Shown: positions 35,819 through 45,057 of the stretch, piece by piece
How positions within the stretch are numbered: position 1 is the first letter of the stretch
Layout: each line of letters begins with the position of its first letter
Assembly (NCBI GenBank): GCA_035632635.1
Contig: DASQGL010000074.1
Coordinates: forward strand, 4,601-68,600
DNA: 64,000 nt
From: Candidatus Limnocylindrales bacterium
GTDB lineage: Bacteria > Chloroflexota > Dormibacteria > CF-121
Reading direction: 5' to 3'
Translations under genes and position numbers: made by a program
Notes under the pieces: generated by a model
Told to the model about the DNA's origin: nothing
Database searches by the model: none
The model's input: the letters and a program-made list of their open reading frames with translations, nothing else

Positions 35819-38514
35819 CACAGCTTGGGCAGACGCTGATGCAAGGTGACGGCCTCACGGAACAGGTCGCCAACCTGCAAGAGGCGCTCCCCGATGGTCC
35901 GGATCGTCCACCGGTTCGGCGTCAGCGAGGGATCATCGAGCTCGGCCCAGCTAACCGGGGTCGAAACCGGCGCACCTGGGGCCGGGCGGACGGAGTATGG
36001 ACCGGCCAGCGTCTTGTTGATGACGTTCTGGGTGTAGTCGATCCGAATCTTGCCCGTGCGGCGGCTGACCTGCCAGTCTTCCGTCACGCGTTCGGGCATC
36101 AGCTGCGCGACCGTGCGGGCGAGGGCTTCGACGAATCCGCGGCTCTGTTCGTGCGTGTAGCGTCGCTCGATCGGAATGTAGATGTGCAGCCCGCTCTGGC
36201 CGGTCGTCTTGGCCACCGCCTTCAGCTCGAGGTGGTTGAGGGCGTCCTTGAGGACTTTGGCCAGCTCGACGACCTCCCGGAACGTAGCGCCCTCGGCAGG
36301 GTCGAGATCGATCACCGCCCAGTCGGGATACTCCGGCTTGTCCACGCGCGAGTACCAGGGATGCAGGTCGATTACCGCGTGGTTGGCCAGCCAGGCAAGG
36401 GTCGCCGTCTCCTCGATCAGGATCCAGTCCTTCTCGCTCTTCTGATCCTTGTATCGAAAGGTCGGAATCCAGTCGGGCGCGTAGGCCGGCTTGTCCTTCT
36501 GCCAGAAACTCTTGCCGTGGATGCCGTCCGGGTGCGGGTTCATCGAGAGTGGCCGGTCGCGGTAGTAGGGAATCAGAATGGACGCTACCTCGACGTAGTA
36601 GCGGATCAGGTCGCGCTTGCGCAGCGAATCCTCGGGGAAGAGCACCTTGTCCAGGTTGGTCAGGTGGACCGACCGGCCCGCGACCTCCCAGTCTCCCTGG
36701 TTGGGCAGCGCGTCGAGCGCGGCCAGCTCATCGACCGTGGCCGGCCTGATGCCCGAGCCTTTGCCGATCCGCGCCGCCGCCTGCATGAGCGCGCTGCCGG
36801 CCTGGTCTCGCCGGCCGGGCGCGGCCCGCGGGCTCAGCACCACCGACCGTCGGGCGGTGTGGGCCCGGCGCGTCCTGGCCGTTCCCCGGGTGGGGCGGGT
36901 TCGGCTCGCCGGCTTTGCTGCAGGCTGCGCGGTCTCGGCCTGCCGGCGCTGGCGGTCCGTGTCCTGTGGTTGCTCACGCCGGACGCTCCTGGGATCGACA
37001 TCGTCGCGCAAGCCGAGGAACACCGGCTGACGCATGAGACCATCCTTCGTCCACTCGGCGAACTTGACCTCCGCCACGAGCTGGGGCTTGACCCAGGTCG
37101 GCTTCTCGTTCGTCCGGGGCGGCTCGCCGGAAAACGGCGACTTCTTGACGCGCAGCTTCTGCAGCTGCTGGTACACGGTTTCGAGGCTTCGCTCGTCGAA
37201 GCCGCCGCCGACGTGGCCGGTGTAGACGAGGTTGCCATCGTCGTACACGCCGACGAGGAGCGCGCCAAAGTATTTGCGACTGTGGCGCGGTGCGGTGTAG
37301 CCACCGATCACCACCTCCTGCTGGGCAACCGTCTTGATCTTCAGCCAGCTGCTGCTGCGCACCCCGGGCAGGTAGGGACTGTCGCGGAGCTTGGCGACGA
37401 TGCCCTCGAGCCGCTTGGCCCTGGCCGCCTGGTAGAAAGCCTTGCCCTGCCCGATGATGTGGTCCGAGTAGCGCACCAGCGGCGATGGGCGCAGCCCGTT
37501 CTGCAGCAGGCGTTTTCGGTCCTCGAGCGGGACCTTGAAGAGGCGGCGGCCGTCCGCGTAGACGATGTCGAAGACCACGTATTGCAGGGTGACCGGCTGA
37601 TTGCCGCGGTTCTGCAGGAGCTGGAACGAGGGACGGCCCTCCTCGTCGAGCGCCACGACCTCCCCGTCGAGGACGGCCTCCTTCAGGCTGAGGAGATCCG
37701 GCAGGCCCTTGAGCTGTGGGTACTCGGCGTCGACCGACCGACCGCGGCGGGTCTGCAGGCTCACCTTCCCATCCCGGACGAAGCTGATCAGGCGGATCCC
37801 ATCCCATTTCACCTCGAAGAGCCAGCGGTCGTCGTCAAACGGCTGCTCGACCAGGCTCGCCTTCATCGGATCGAGCGAGGTCGGCATCGGACCCGGCTCC
37901 GCCTGCGCCAGGTCGATCAGGCCCCCCTGGCCCTCCGCTCTCGAGCTCGACCACACGGCGTCCTTGCCTTGCTCGATCTCCTCCTTCGTCCGCCCGGTCT
38001 TGACCGAGGTCCGAAACGCCTCGATGTCGAAGTTGGGATCGGCGGCCTCGTCGCGCTTCTTGATCAGCAGCCAGTCCTTCTCCGAACGCGTTCGCACCAG
38101 GGCGAACCGGCCGCGCAGCCGCTCGCCGTGCAAGCGAAACTTGATCTCGCCCCGGCGGAGCGACTCCGCGGGCGTGGACTCCTCGAGCTCGTAGGTGCCC
38201 CAGTCCCAGACCATCACGGTCCCCCCGCCGTACTCGCCTTTGGGAATCAGGCCTTCGAAGTCGTAGTAGCTCACCGGGTGATCCTCGACGTGAGCGGCGA
38301 GCCGCCGCTCGGCCGGATTCAAGGTCGGCCCCTTGGGGATCGCCCAGGAGACGAGCACGCCGTCCATCTCCAGGCGGAAGTCGTAGTGGAGGCGCGTGGC
38401 CCAGTGTTTCTGCACCACGAACCGGTTGTGACCGGTTGGCTCGGGCGTGCCCTTCGGCTCCGGAGTCCTGGAGAAATCGCGCTTCCGCTGATACTCCGCC
38501 AGCGATCGAGGCAT
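35818..38514 (-). CDS. ligD: multidomain ATP-dependent DNA ligase D (phosphoesterase-ligase-polymerase order)
   Basis: The N-terminal 3'-phosphoesterase domain has FVVQKHWATRLHYDFRLE. The central ligase adenylation domain has EVKWDG (KxDG). The C-terminal domain is a LigD primase-polymerase. The likely start is MPRSLAEY at 38514, although the ORF extends to 38661. Confidence 0.85.
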   Translation of the reverse strand: MPRSLAEYQRKRDFSRTPEPKGTPEPTGHNRFVVQKHWATRLHYDFRLEMDGVLVSWAIPKGPTLNPAERRLAAHVEDHPVSYYDFEGLIPKGEYGGGTVMVWDWGTYELEESTPAESLRRGEIKFRLHGERLRGRFALVRTRSEKDWLLIKKRDEAADPNFDIEAFRTSVKTGRTKEEIEQGKDAVWSSSRAEGQGGLIDLAQAEPGPMPTSLDPMKASLVEQPFDDDRWLFEVKWDGIRLISFVRDGKVSLQTRRGRSVDAEYPQLKGLPDLLSLKEAVLDGEVVALDEEGRPSFQLLQNRGNQPVTLQYVVFDIVYADGRRLFKVPLEDRKRLLQNGLRPSPLVRYSDHIIGQGKAFYQAARAKRLEGIVAKLRDSPYLPGVRSSSWLKIKTVAQQEVVIGGYTAPRHSRKYFGALLVGVYDDGNLVYTGHVGGGFDERSLETVYQQLQKLRVKKSPFSGEPPRTNEKPTWVKPQLVAEVKFAEWTKDGLMRQPVFLGLRDDVDPRSVRREQPQDTDRQRRQAETAQPAAKPASRTRPTRGTARTRRAHTARRSVVLSPRAAPGRRDQAGSALMQAAARIGKGSGIRPATVDELAALDALPNQGDWEVAGRSVHLTNLDKVLFPEDSLRKRDLIRYYVEVASILIPYYRDRPLSMNPHPDGIHGKSFWQKDKPAYAPDWIPTFRYKDQKSEKDWILIEETATLAWLANHAVIDLHPWYSRVDKPEYPDWAVIDLDPAEGATFREVVELAKVLKDALNHLELKAVAKTTGQSGLHIYIPIERRYTHEQSRGFVEALARTVAQLMPERVTEDWQVSRRTGKIRIDYTQNVINKTLAGPYSVRPAPGAPVSTPVSWAELDDPSLTPNRWTIRTIGERLLQVGDLFREAVTLHQRLPKL

Positions 38515-38542
38515 CCCATTTGCAGTTTGGCAGAATGGCCGG

Positions 38543-39706
38543 ATGCCGACGGCATTGAAGGAGGCGGTCGAACGTCGGGTAAAGGACCTGGTCGGCAGGC
38601 GCCGGCACTTCCACGCCGAGCCCGAGCTGTCCTTCCAGGAGCGCGAGACGGCCCGGGTCATTGCCGACCACCTGGGTCAATGGGGATTCGAGGTGCAGAC
38701 CGGCGTCGCCTCGACCGGGGTCGTCGGCTCACTCCGCGGTGGGCGACCGGGCAAGGGCGTCCTGGTCCGCGCCGACATGGATGGCCTCCCGCTCGAGGAA
38801 CGATCCGAGCTGCCCTTTCGGTCCATTCATCGCGGCGTCATGCAGGCCTGCGGCCACGACGTGCACATGGCCATCGCGCTGACCCTGGCCGAGCTGCTGG
38901 CCGAGCGGCGTGCGGAGCTTCCCGGGCTCGTCCGCTTCGCCTTCCAGCCGGCGGAGGAGGTTGCCGGCGGAGCCAAACCGATGGTCGAGGCAGGGGTGCT
39001 CGACGGCATCGACCGGGTGATCGGGCTCCACGTCTGGGCCGGGCTTGCGACCGGGCTCATCTGTGCTCGCCCGGGGCCGCTGATGGCGAGCGCGGATCAG
39101 TTCTCCCTGACCATCACCGGCAAAGGCGGCCACGGGGCGCTGCCCCACCTGACCGTCGATGCCGTCGTGATCGCGGCCCAGGTGATCACCGCGCTGCAGA
39201 CGCTGCGCAGCCGCGAGACGCCTCCGGCGGCGCCCATCGTCGTCACGCTCGGCAGCATCCACGGCGGAACCGCGCACAACATCATCGCCGGCGAGGTCGT
39301 GATCGAAGGCACGCTGCGCACGTTCGACTCCACGCTCCGGCAGCGGTTGCTGGGCCGGATCCAGGAGCTCGCCCAGGCGATCGCTTCGGGGATGGGCGGG
39401 GCTGCCACCTTCAGGCACCTCTCCGGGACCCCGCCGGTCGTCAACGACGCGGCGATGGCCGGGCTGGTGGCTGAGGCGGCGGAGGTTGTGGGAGCCGAGA
39501 ATGTCGTGTCGTTCGAGCCGTTGATGGTCGGCGAGGACTTCGCCTATTTCCTCGAGCAGCGTCCGGGATGCTTCTTCCTCCTGGGAGGGGCGCCGCCCGG
39601 CGGGCCGCGCGTCCACCACACGGCGGACTTCGCCGTCGACGAGGCCTGTTTGCCGATCGGTCTCGAGGTGCTCGGCGAGTCGGTGCTCCGAATGCTGAGC
39701 GACTAG
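38543..39706 (+). CDS. M20D-family amidohydrolase (N-acyl-amino acid amidohydrolase / hippurate hydrolase-like)
   Basis: It has metal-binding His/Asp/Glu motifs (ACGHD, FQPAEE). It is divergent from ligD across a 28-nt gap. Confidence 0.8.
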   Translation: MPTALKEAVERRVKDLVGRRRHFHAEPELSFQERETARVIADHLGQWGFEVQTGVASTGVVGSLRGGRPGKGVLVRADMDGLPLEERSELPFRSIHRGVMQACGHDVHMAIALTLAELLAERRAELPGLVRFAFQPAEEVAGGAKPMVEAGVLDGIDRVIGLHVWAGLATGLICARPGPLMASADQFSLTITGKGGHGALPHLTVDAVVIAAQVITALQTLRSRETPPAAPIVVTLGSIHGGTAHNIIAGEVVIEGTLRTFDSTLRQRLLGRIQELAQAIASGMGGAATFRHLSGTPPVVNDAAMAGLVAEAAEVVGAENVVSFEPLMVGEDFAYFLEQRPGCFFLLGGAPPGGPRVHHTADFAVDEACLPIGLEVLGESVLRMLSD

Positions 39707-40125
39707 ACGGAGGCTAGAATCGCGGCTTTCGGAGCGAGGGGCGCACCGTGTAGCCGATCAGCAGGAGGCTCAGCAGCAGGCCGATCAGCATGCTGAGCGG
39801 ATTGAGCGGCAGGCCGGCGACGGAGGCCAGCAGGCCCAGGGCCGAGAAGAGCAGGGCCGTCATGCCGACCAGCCGGACCAGCCGATTGAAGGGGCTGCGG
39901 AACGGGAAATGCAGTCGAGGCCGGATGGACGGCAGCCGCCGCGGCGCCGGGACCGGTTCTGTCGATTCCCCCTCGCGGGCAAGCGACCGTGCGAGATTCT
40001 CAGCCAACCCGCCAGTTATAACGCCGGCCGGCCGGTCGTTCCGTGACGTCCTCGTTACACCCGGCTCCCGAACAGGTGACACCCCACCGCCGGGAGGCTG
40101 AGGGAGGCCCTTACCTATAATTCCT

Positions 40126-40521
40126 GTGATGGCGCTGACGGCGGTGGACCTGGCCACGGTGGAATCCGCCATGTCCGGCCAGTTCCCCTTCTGCTTCCCC
40201 AATACCACGCTCGCCCAGGCCGCACGCATGATGGCGCAGAACCGGGTGCTCGAGCTCCCGGTGATCGTCGACCAGCGTTGCCTCGGCTACATCTCGTATC
40301 TCGACATCCTCCAGCGCTACGTGAAAGCCAGGCTCGAAGCCCGCGCGACCGATATCATCCGGACGCCGCTTCCGGAGGTCCGGATCACCACGCCGCTCAA
40401 GGAGGCCGTGCGCGTCCTCCGCGAGACGGGCCGGCAACTCGTCCTCGTGACCACGCCCGAGGGCATGCCGCTCGGCGCGCTCACCGTCAAGGACCTGGCC
40501 GGCGCGCTGGGACGCCGCTGA
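40126..40521 (+). CDS. CBS-pair domain protein
   Basis: It is 131 aa with two CBS motifs. A TATAAT lies 7 nt upstream of ATG 40129, which suggests a leaderless transcript. The GTG at 40126 is alternative. Confidence 0.65.
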   Translation: MMALTAVDLATVESAMSGQFPFCFPNTTLAQAARMMAQNRVLELPVIVDQRCLGYISYLDILQRYVKARLEARATDIIRTPLPEVRITTPLKEAVRVLRETGRQLVLVTTPEGMPLGALTVKDLAGALGRR

Positions 40522-42725
40522 TGCCCACCCTCAGCAAGGTCACCCGGCCGCTGCTGGCCACGATCGCGGCGCAGGAGAGTGCCGCCGGCGCGCTGGCGCG
40601 CCTGCGCGCCTCCGACGCCGAGGCGCTGCTCGTGGTCCGGGACGGCGAGATCGCAGGGGTCTTCGGACATCGCGAGGCGGTGCATGCGCTCCTCGACGGC
40701 GCGGAGCCGGTCGAGCGCTACATGCGGCAGCCTTTGCCGAGCCGCTCGGTCGCGGACTCGATGGAGGCCGGCGCCGACATCATGTTCCGCGAGGACACCC
40801 CGTACGTGATCCTGACCCAGGACGAGGGCCCGCTGTTCCGCAAGACCGCCAGGCCGGTCGGGATGATGACGGCGTTCGAGGTCCTGGAAGAGATCGGCCG
40901 GACGACCACGGACACGGCCGCGAACAAGGTGTTCCTGGGGCGCCGGGACCTCGGCCTCAACGTTCCCGTGTCGCCTTGCCAGCGCGCCTGCCCGATCCAC
41001 CAGGACATCGCGACCTACGTCGACTACGTGTCGCAGGGACGCTACCTCGACTCCTGGCTGGTGATCCATGAGACGAACCCGTTCCCGTCGATGCTGGGCC
41101 GGCTGTGCAACCACCCGTGCGAGACCGACTGCAAGCGCGGCTGGGTGCAGGGCCCGGAGAACGCGGTCTCGATCAAGTCGATCAAGCGCTTCGCGACCGA
41201 CTACGCCTTTGCCCGCGGGGTGAAGATCCGCCACCAGCTCGCACCGGAGAACGGCCGGCGCGTGGCCATCGTCGGATCGGGCCCGGCGGGGCTGACCGCC
41301 GCCCAGGACCTCCGCCTGATGGGTTATGGCGTCGACCTCTATGAGCGCGAGGCGAAGCTGGGCGGCCTGCTCTCGGCGAGCATCCCGCATTTCCGCTTCG
41401 AGATGGACCAGCTGCTCTGGGAGATCGACATGATCGTGCAGATGGGCGTCACCGTGCACCTCAACGCGAATGTGGGCAAGGAGATCCCGCTGAGCGACCT
41501 GCTGGCGAAATACGACGCGGTCTTCGTGGCCGTCGGCATGATGACCGGCCGCATCCTGCCCGTTCCAGGCTCGGACCTGCCCGAGGTCATCTCGGCCATG
41601 GAGTTCCTTCGGGTCCGGTCCTACGACCGGATCCCGGACAGCTTCCCGAAGGGAGGCGACGTCGTGGTCATCGGCGGCGGCGCCGTGGCGACCGATGCCG
41701 CCCAGACCTCGATCAAGAGCGGGGCGCGTAAGGTCTGGATGGTCTCCATCGAGCCCGCCGACCGTCTGCCGGCCTTCGGCAATGAGCTGGTCGAGGCCCG
41801 TGAGATCGGGCTGACCCTGCACACCGGGGTGATCGTCAACGCGATCAAGGCGGACGAGCAGGGTCATGTCAACGGGGTGGAGTTCATCCGCGTGGACGAG
41901 AGCAAGCTCGAATTCGACCCCGAGAGCGGCAAGCTGCTCATCAACACGGTCCAGAAGCTGCCGGGCACCGAGCATGTGATTCCCTGCAAGTACGCGATTT
42001 TCGCCTCCGGCCAGATCATGGACTTCCAGGACAAGGAAACCCCACTCACCCCGCGTAAATTGATCGAGGCGGATACCGGCGGTCACACCAGGGTCGGCAA
42101 GCTCTTCGCAGGCGGCGACTGCGTCGAAGGACCGTCCTTCATCGTCAACGCGGTGGGCTGGGGGCATCGGGTTGCGCGCGCCATCAACGAGTTCCTCGGG
42201 GCGTCCGTGCCGCGTGACGCGAAGGCCCTGACCGTCATCGAGGCGACCGACGACCACCGGGAGGCGGACTACTACAATCGCGAGGAGCCGCCTATCCTGC
42301 CGCCCGAAAAGCGCATGGACATGACGCCGGTCGAGCTGCCCTGGAACGACGAGCAGGCGATCACCGCGGCCCTGCGCTGCTTCCAGTGCGACACGGTCCA
42401 CCACGTGGACGAATCCACCTGTATCCTGTGCGGGGCCTGCGATGACGTGTGCCCGGAGAAGGCGCTGGACGTCGTGGTCTACGGCGAATCCCGCGATACC
42501 TCCAGTGGCGGCTTCGTCGAGATCTGCAACACGGTGGTCGGCGAGGAGTTCGGGGGCAAGGCCGGCAAGATTCTGGTGAACTACGATCGCTGTACGAACT
42601 GTCGCATCTGTGAGGACCATTGCCCTGTGAACTGCATCACCTTCCAGCGTGTCCGATTCCGCGACGACGCCATGCAGATCATCCCCCTGACGCCGGTCGC
42701 GACGAAAGCGCCGGCAGGCGTTTGA
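40521..42725 (+). CDS. CBS-pair / GltD-like NAD(P)H-FAD oxidoreductase / 2x[4Fe-4S] ferredoxin fusion protein
   Basis: The ATG overlaps the upstream TGA (TGATG). It encodes 734 aa. The N-terminus carries a CBS pair. A GltD/DPD-type Fe-S helical region follows (CQRACPIHQDI...CNHPCETDCKRG). Two Rossmann motifs are present (VAIVGSGPAGL and VVVIGGGAVA). The C-terminus carries two CxxCxxCxxxCP ferredoxin motifs. Confidence 0.8.
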   Translation: MPTLSKVTRPLLATIAAQESAAGALARLRASDAEALLVVRDGEIAGVFGHREAVHALLDGAEPVERYMRQPLPSRSVADSMEAGADIMFREDTPYVILTQDEGPLFRKTARPVGMMTAFEVLEEIGRTTTDTAANKVFLGRRDLGLNVPVSPCQRACPIHQDIATYVDYVSQGRYLDSWLVIHETNPFPSMLGRLCNHPCETDCKRGWVQGPENAVSIKSIKRFATDYAFARGVKIRHQLAPENGRRVAIVGSGPAGLTAAQDLRLMGYGVDLYEREAKLGGLLSASIPHFRFEMDQLLWEIDMIVQMGVTVHLNANVGKEIPLSDLLAKYDAVFVAVGMMTGRILPVPGSDLPEVISAMEFLRVRSYDRIPDSFPKGGDVVVIGGGAVATDAAQTSIKSGARKVWMVSIEPADRLPAFGNELVEAREIGLTLHTGVIVNAIKADEQGHVNGVEFIRVDESKLEFDPESGKLLINTVQKLPGTEHVIPCKYAIFASGQIMDFQDKETPLTPRKLIEADTGGHTRVGKLFAGGDCVEGPSFIVNAVGWGHRVARAINEFLGASVPRDAKALTVIEATDDHREADYYNREEPPILPPEKRMDMTPVELPWNDEQAITAALRCFQCDTVHHVDESTCILCGACDDVCPEKALDVVVYGESRDTSSGGFVEICNTVVGEEFGGKAGKILVNYDRCTNCRICEDHCPVNCITFQRVRFRDDAMQIIPLTPVATKAPAGV

Positions 42726-42727
42726 GC

Positions 42728-43729
42728 ATGGCCGAGATCAACGTGGTCGACCGGATGACGCCGCTTGAATCGGCGACCCTGACCCGTCCGGCGTTGACCG
42801 CCTGGCGCGTGCTGCCCGTCCCCTTCTACATCCTTGTCCTGGCGCTGATCCGCGGCGATCTCGCGCATCCGCTCAGCGCTCCGGGCGACCTCTCCCTGCA
42901 CCTGTACTTCGGCGCGCTCATCCTCTACCTGGGCGGGATGCTGGCCTTCTTCGCCTATTTCGCCTATCGGCAGGACCTGTTCCGCTGGGTGGGGCTGGCG
43001 TTGGTCGTGCCGGGGGCCGCCGTGCACCTGCTGGCGATCGTGTTTCGCGGATTCGCGGACGGACACTACCCGCTGGCCAACATGTACGAATACAGCTCCA
43101 TGCTGGCGCTGGTCGCGGTCGCGGTCTTCCTGCTCATGACGATCCGCTATCCGGTGGCGGCGCTCGCCGGCGGGCTGGCGCTCTTCGTGGTGGTCGCCCT
43201 GATGGGACTGGGCTTCGCCCTCTACCAGTCGCCGGAACCCCTCGTCCCGGCGCTGCAGAGTTACTGGCTGAAGATCCACGTCACGAGCATGATGGTCTCC
43301 TCCGGGGTGCTCGTTTCCAGCTTCGTGTTCGCGGCGCTGTACCTGGTCAAGGACCGCAGCCTGCAGGTGAAATCGTGGCTGCACGATTCGGCGGTGGCCG
43401 TCCGCCTCCCGTCGCTGGAGACGCTGGACCGGCTCACCTTCCGGGCTATCCTGCTCGGGTTCCCGATCTGGACGTTCGGCACCATGGCCGGGGCGATCTG
43501 GGGTGAGCATGCCTGGGGACGGTGGTGGGGCTGGGATCCGAAGGAGACCTGGGCCGCCATCACCTGGATCGTGTACGCGATCTACCTCCACGCGCACAGC
43601 CTGCGCGCCTGGCGGGGGCGGCGCACGGCGCTGATCGCCACCGCGGGGTTCATCTCGATCCTGGTGACGCTCTACGCCGTCAACCTCTGGATCGTGGGCC
43701 TGCACTCATACGCCCGGGGGGCGGGCTAG
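42728..43729 (+). CDS. CcsA/ResC-family cytochrome c assembly (heme-handling) membrane protein
   Basis: It has the W-rich WWD-like motif WGRWWGWDPKETW, multiple TMs and conserved His residues. It starts 3 nt after the upstream gene. Confidence 0.75.
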   Translation: MAEINVVDRMTPLESATLTRPALTAWRVLPVPFYILVLALIRGDLAHPLSAPGDLSLHLYFGALILYLGGMLAFFAYFAYRQDLFRWVGLALVVPGAAVHLLAIVFRGFADGHYPLANMYEYSSMLALVAVAVFLLMTIRYPVAALAGGLALFVVVALMGLGFALYQSPEPLVPALQSYWLKIHVTSMMVSSGVLVSSFVFAALYLVKDRSLQVKSWLHDSAVAVRLPSLETLDRLTFRAILLGFPIWTFGTMAGAIWGEHAWGRWWGWDPKETWAAITWIVYAIYLHAHSLRAWRGRRTALIATAGFISILVTLYAVNLWIVGLHSYARGAG

Positions 43730-43779
43730 CGAACCGCCGCGCTGGTGCGGAGCTGCCGATGGCGCATCGGCACCGATAA

Positions 43780-45030
43780 GTGAAGTTCAGGCCGCGGATC
43801 ATCCGGGCGGCGCCCAGCCACACCTCGGAGGCGCTCAGCCCGTCCTGGCGCACGAGCCTGTACGCGACCTGCTTCGCGCAGATGACCGCCATGCTCGCCT
43901 TCGGATTCGTCCTGCCCTTCCTCGCCCTCTACCTGAAGGAGCTTGGGGTCCAATCCGACCGGGCGATCGAGCTCTGGTCCGGCGCGCTGGTCGCCTCGAC
44001 CGCGGTCTCGCTGGCGATCTTCAGTCCGGTCTGGGGCGCGCTCGCCGACCGGCGGGGCCGCAAGCTCATGGTGCTGAGGGCGATGATCGCCGGCGGATTC
44101 GTGCTTGCCGCCATGGGATTCGTGCAGAACGTCTTTGAGTTGCTCGGACTGCGAATCCTGCAGGGAGCGGTGACCGGCACGGTCGCGGCCTCCACCGCCC
44201 TCGTCTCCACGATCGTGCCCAAAGATCGGCTCGCTTACAGCATGGGGTTGCTGCAGACCAGCATCTACCTGGGCATCTCGGGCGGTCCCGTGGTCGGCGG
44301 GGTGATCGCCGAGGCGGTCGGTATCCGCGGCACGTTCATCGTGGCCGGCATCCTGTTGGCCAGCGCCGGGCTGGCGATCTGGCTCTTCGTGCACGAGCAT
44401 TACCTGCCGCTCACGACCCAGCGGCGGCCTGGATTCTTGCAGTCGATGCGGGCCGGCCTCCAGTCCCAAACCCTGATGCCCCTGCTGGTGGTCGTCATGC
44501 TCATCCAGCTCAGTTCCGCGATCGTGTTTCCGATCCTGCCGCTGTTCGTGGCCAACATCAGCGGCCCGCAGGATCCGGTCAAGCTCTACTCGGGCCTGGC
44601 GTTTGGCGCAACCGCGGTCTTCAGCGCGCTGGCCGCGGTCTCCTACAGTCGCGTCGTCGAGCGGAGCGGGTATCGCCGGCTCCTCGTCTTCGCCGCCTTC
44701 GCCGCGGCCGCCTTCTTCCTCCCCCAGGCGTTCGTGCGGACGCCCGGCCAGCTGCTCTTGCTTCGAGCCGGGCTCGGGCTCTTCTTCGGCGTCCTGATCC
44801 CGGCCACCAACGCGATGGTGGGGCTGGGGACGCCGGGCAACCTTCGTGGGTCCGCCTACGGGTTGACCAGCAGCGCCACGGCGATGGGCAATGCGATCGG
44901 CCCACTGATCGGATCCGTGCTGGCAGCCACGCTCGGCCTGCGGGCGATCTTCATCGCCACGGCCGGCGTGCTCGCCCTGCTGGGGGTGTGGATCATCGGG
45001 CTCGTGCGCGAACCGGTCACGCCGGCGTGA
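43780..45030 (+). CDS. MFS transporter
   Basis: GTG start; 12 TMs; it has ADRRGRK (motif A-like). Confidence 0.75.
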   Translation: MKFRPRIIRAAPSHTSEALSPSWRTSLYATCFAQMTAMLAFGFVLPFLALYLKELGVQSDRAIELWSGALVASTAVSLAIFSPVWGALADRRGRKLMVLRAMIAGGFVLAAMGFVQNVFELLGLRILQGAVTGTVAASTALVSTIVPKDRLAYSMGLLQTSIYLGISGGPVVGGVIAEAVGIRGTFIVAGILLASAGLAIWLFVHEHYLPLTTQRRPGFLQSMRAGLQSQTLMPLLVVVMLIQLSSAIVFPILPLFVANISGPQDPVKLYSGLAFGATAVFSALAAVSYSRVVERSGYRRLLVFAAFAAAAFFLPQAFVRTPGQLLLLRAGLGLFFGVLIPATNAMVGLGTPGNLRGSAYGLTSSATAMGNAIGPLIGSVLAATLGLRAIFIATAGVLALLGVWIIGLVREPVTPA

Positions 45031-45057
45031 TCGCGCCGCCTCGCTAAACTCAGGCGG

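Noticed and set aside
35818-38661. A Ku gene adjacent to ligD
   Set aside because: No ORF in the window has Ku-like features. Its absence is noted as an observation, not a feature.
35839-39474. 1211-aa ORF on the plus strand
   Set aside because: It is entirely antisense to ligD and the M20 gene region. It has Arg/Pro/Gly/Ala-rich low-complexity composition. This is a typical high-GC antisense-frame artifact; ligD on the minus strand has unambiguous domain motifs.
39714-40229. 171-aa minus-strand ORF
   Set aside because: Only the C-terminal ~50 residues look like a genuine TM segment. The N-terminal two-thirds are low complexity, and there is no SD. I left it unannotated as a possible short membrane peptide of very low confidence.
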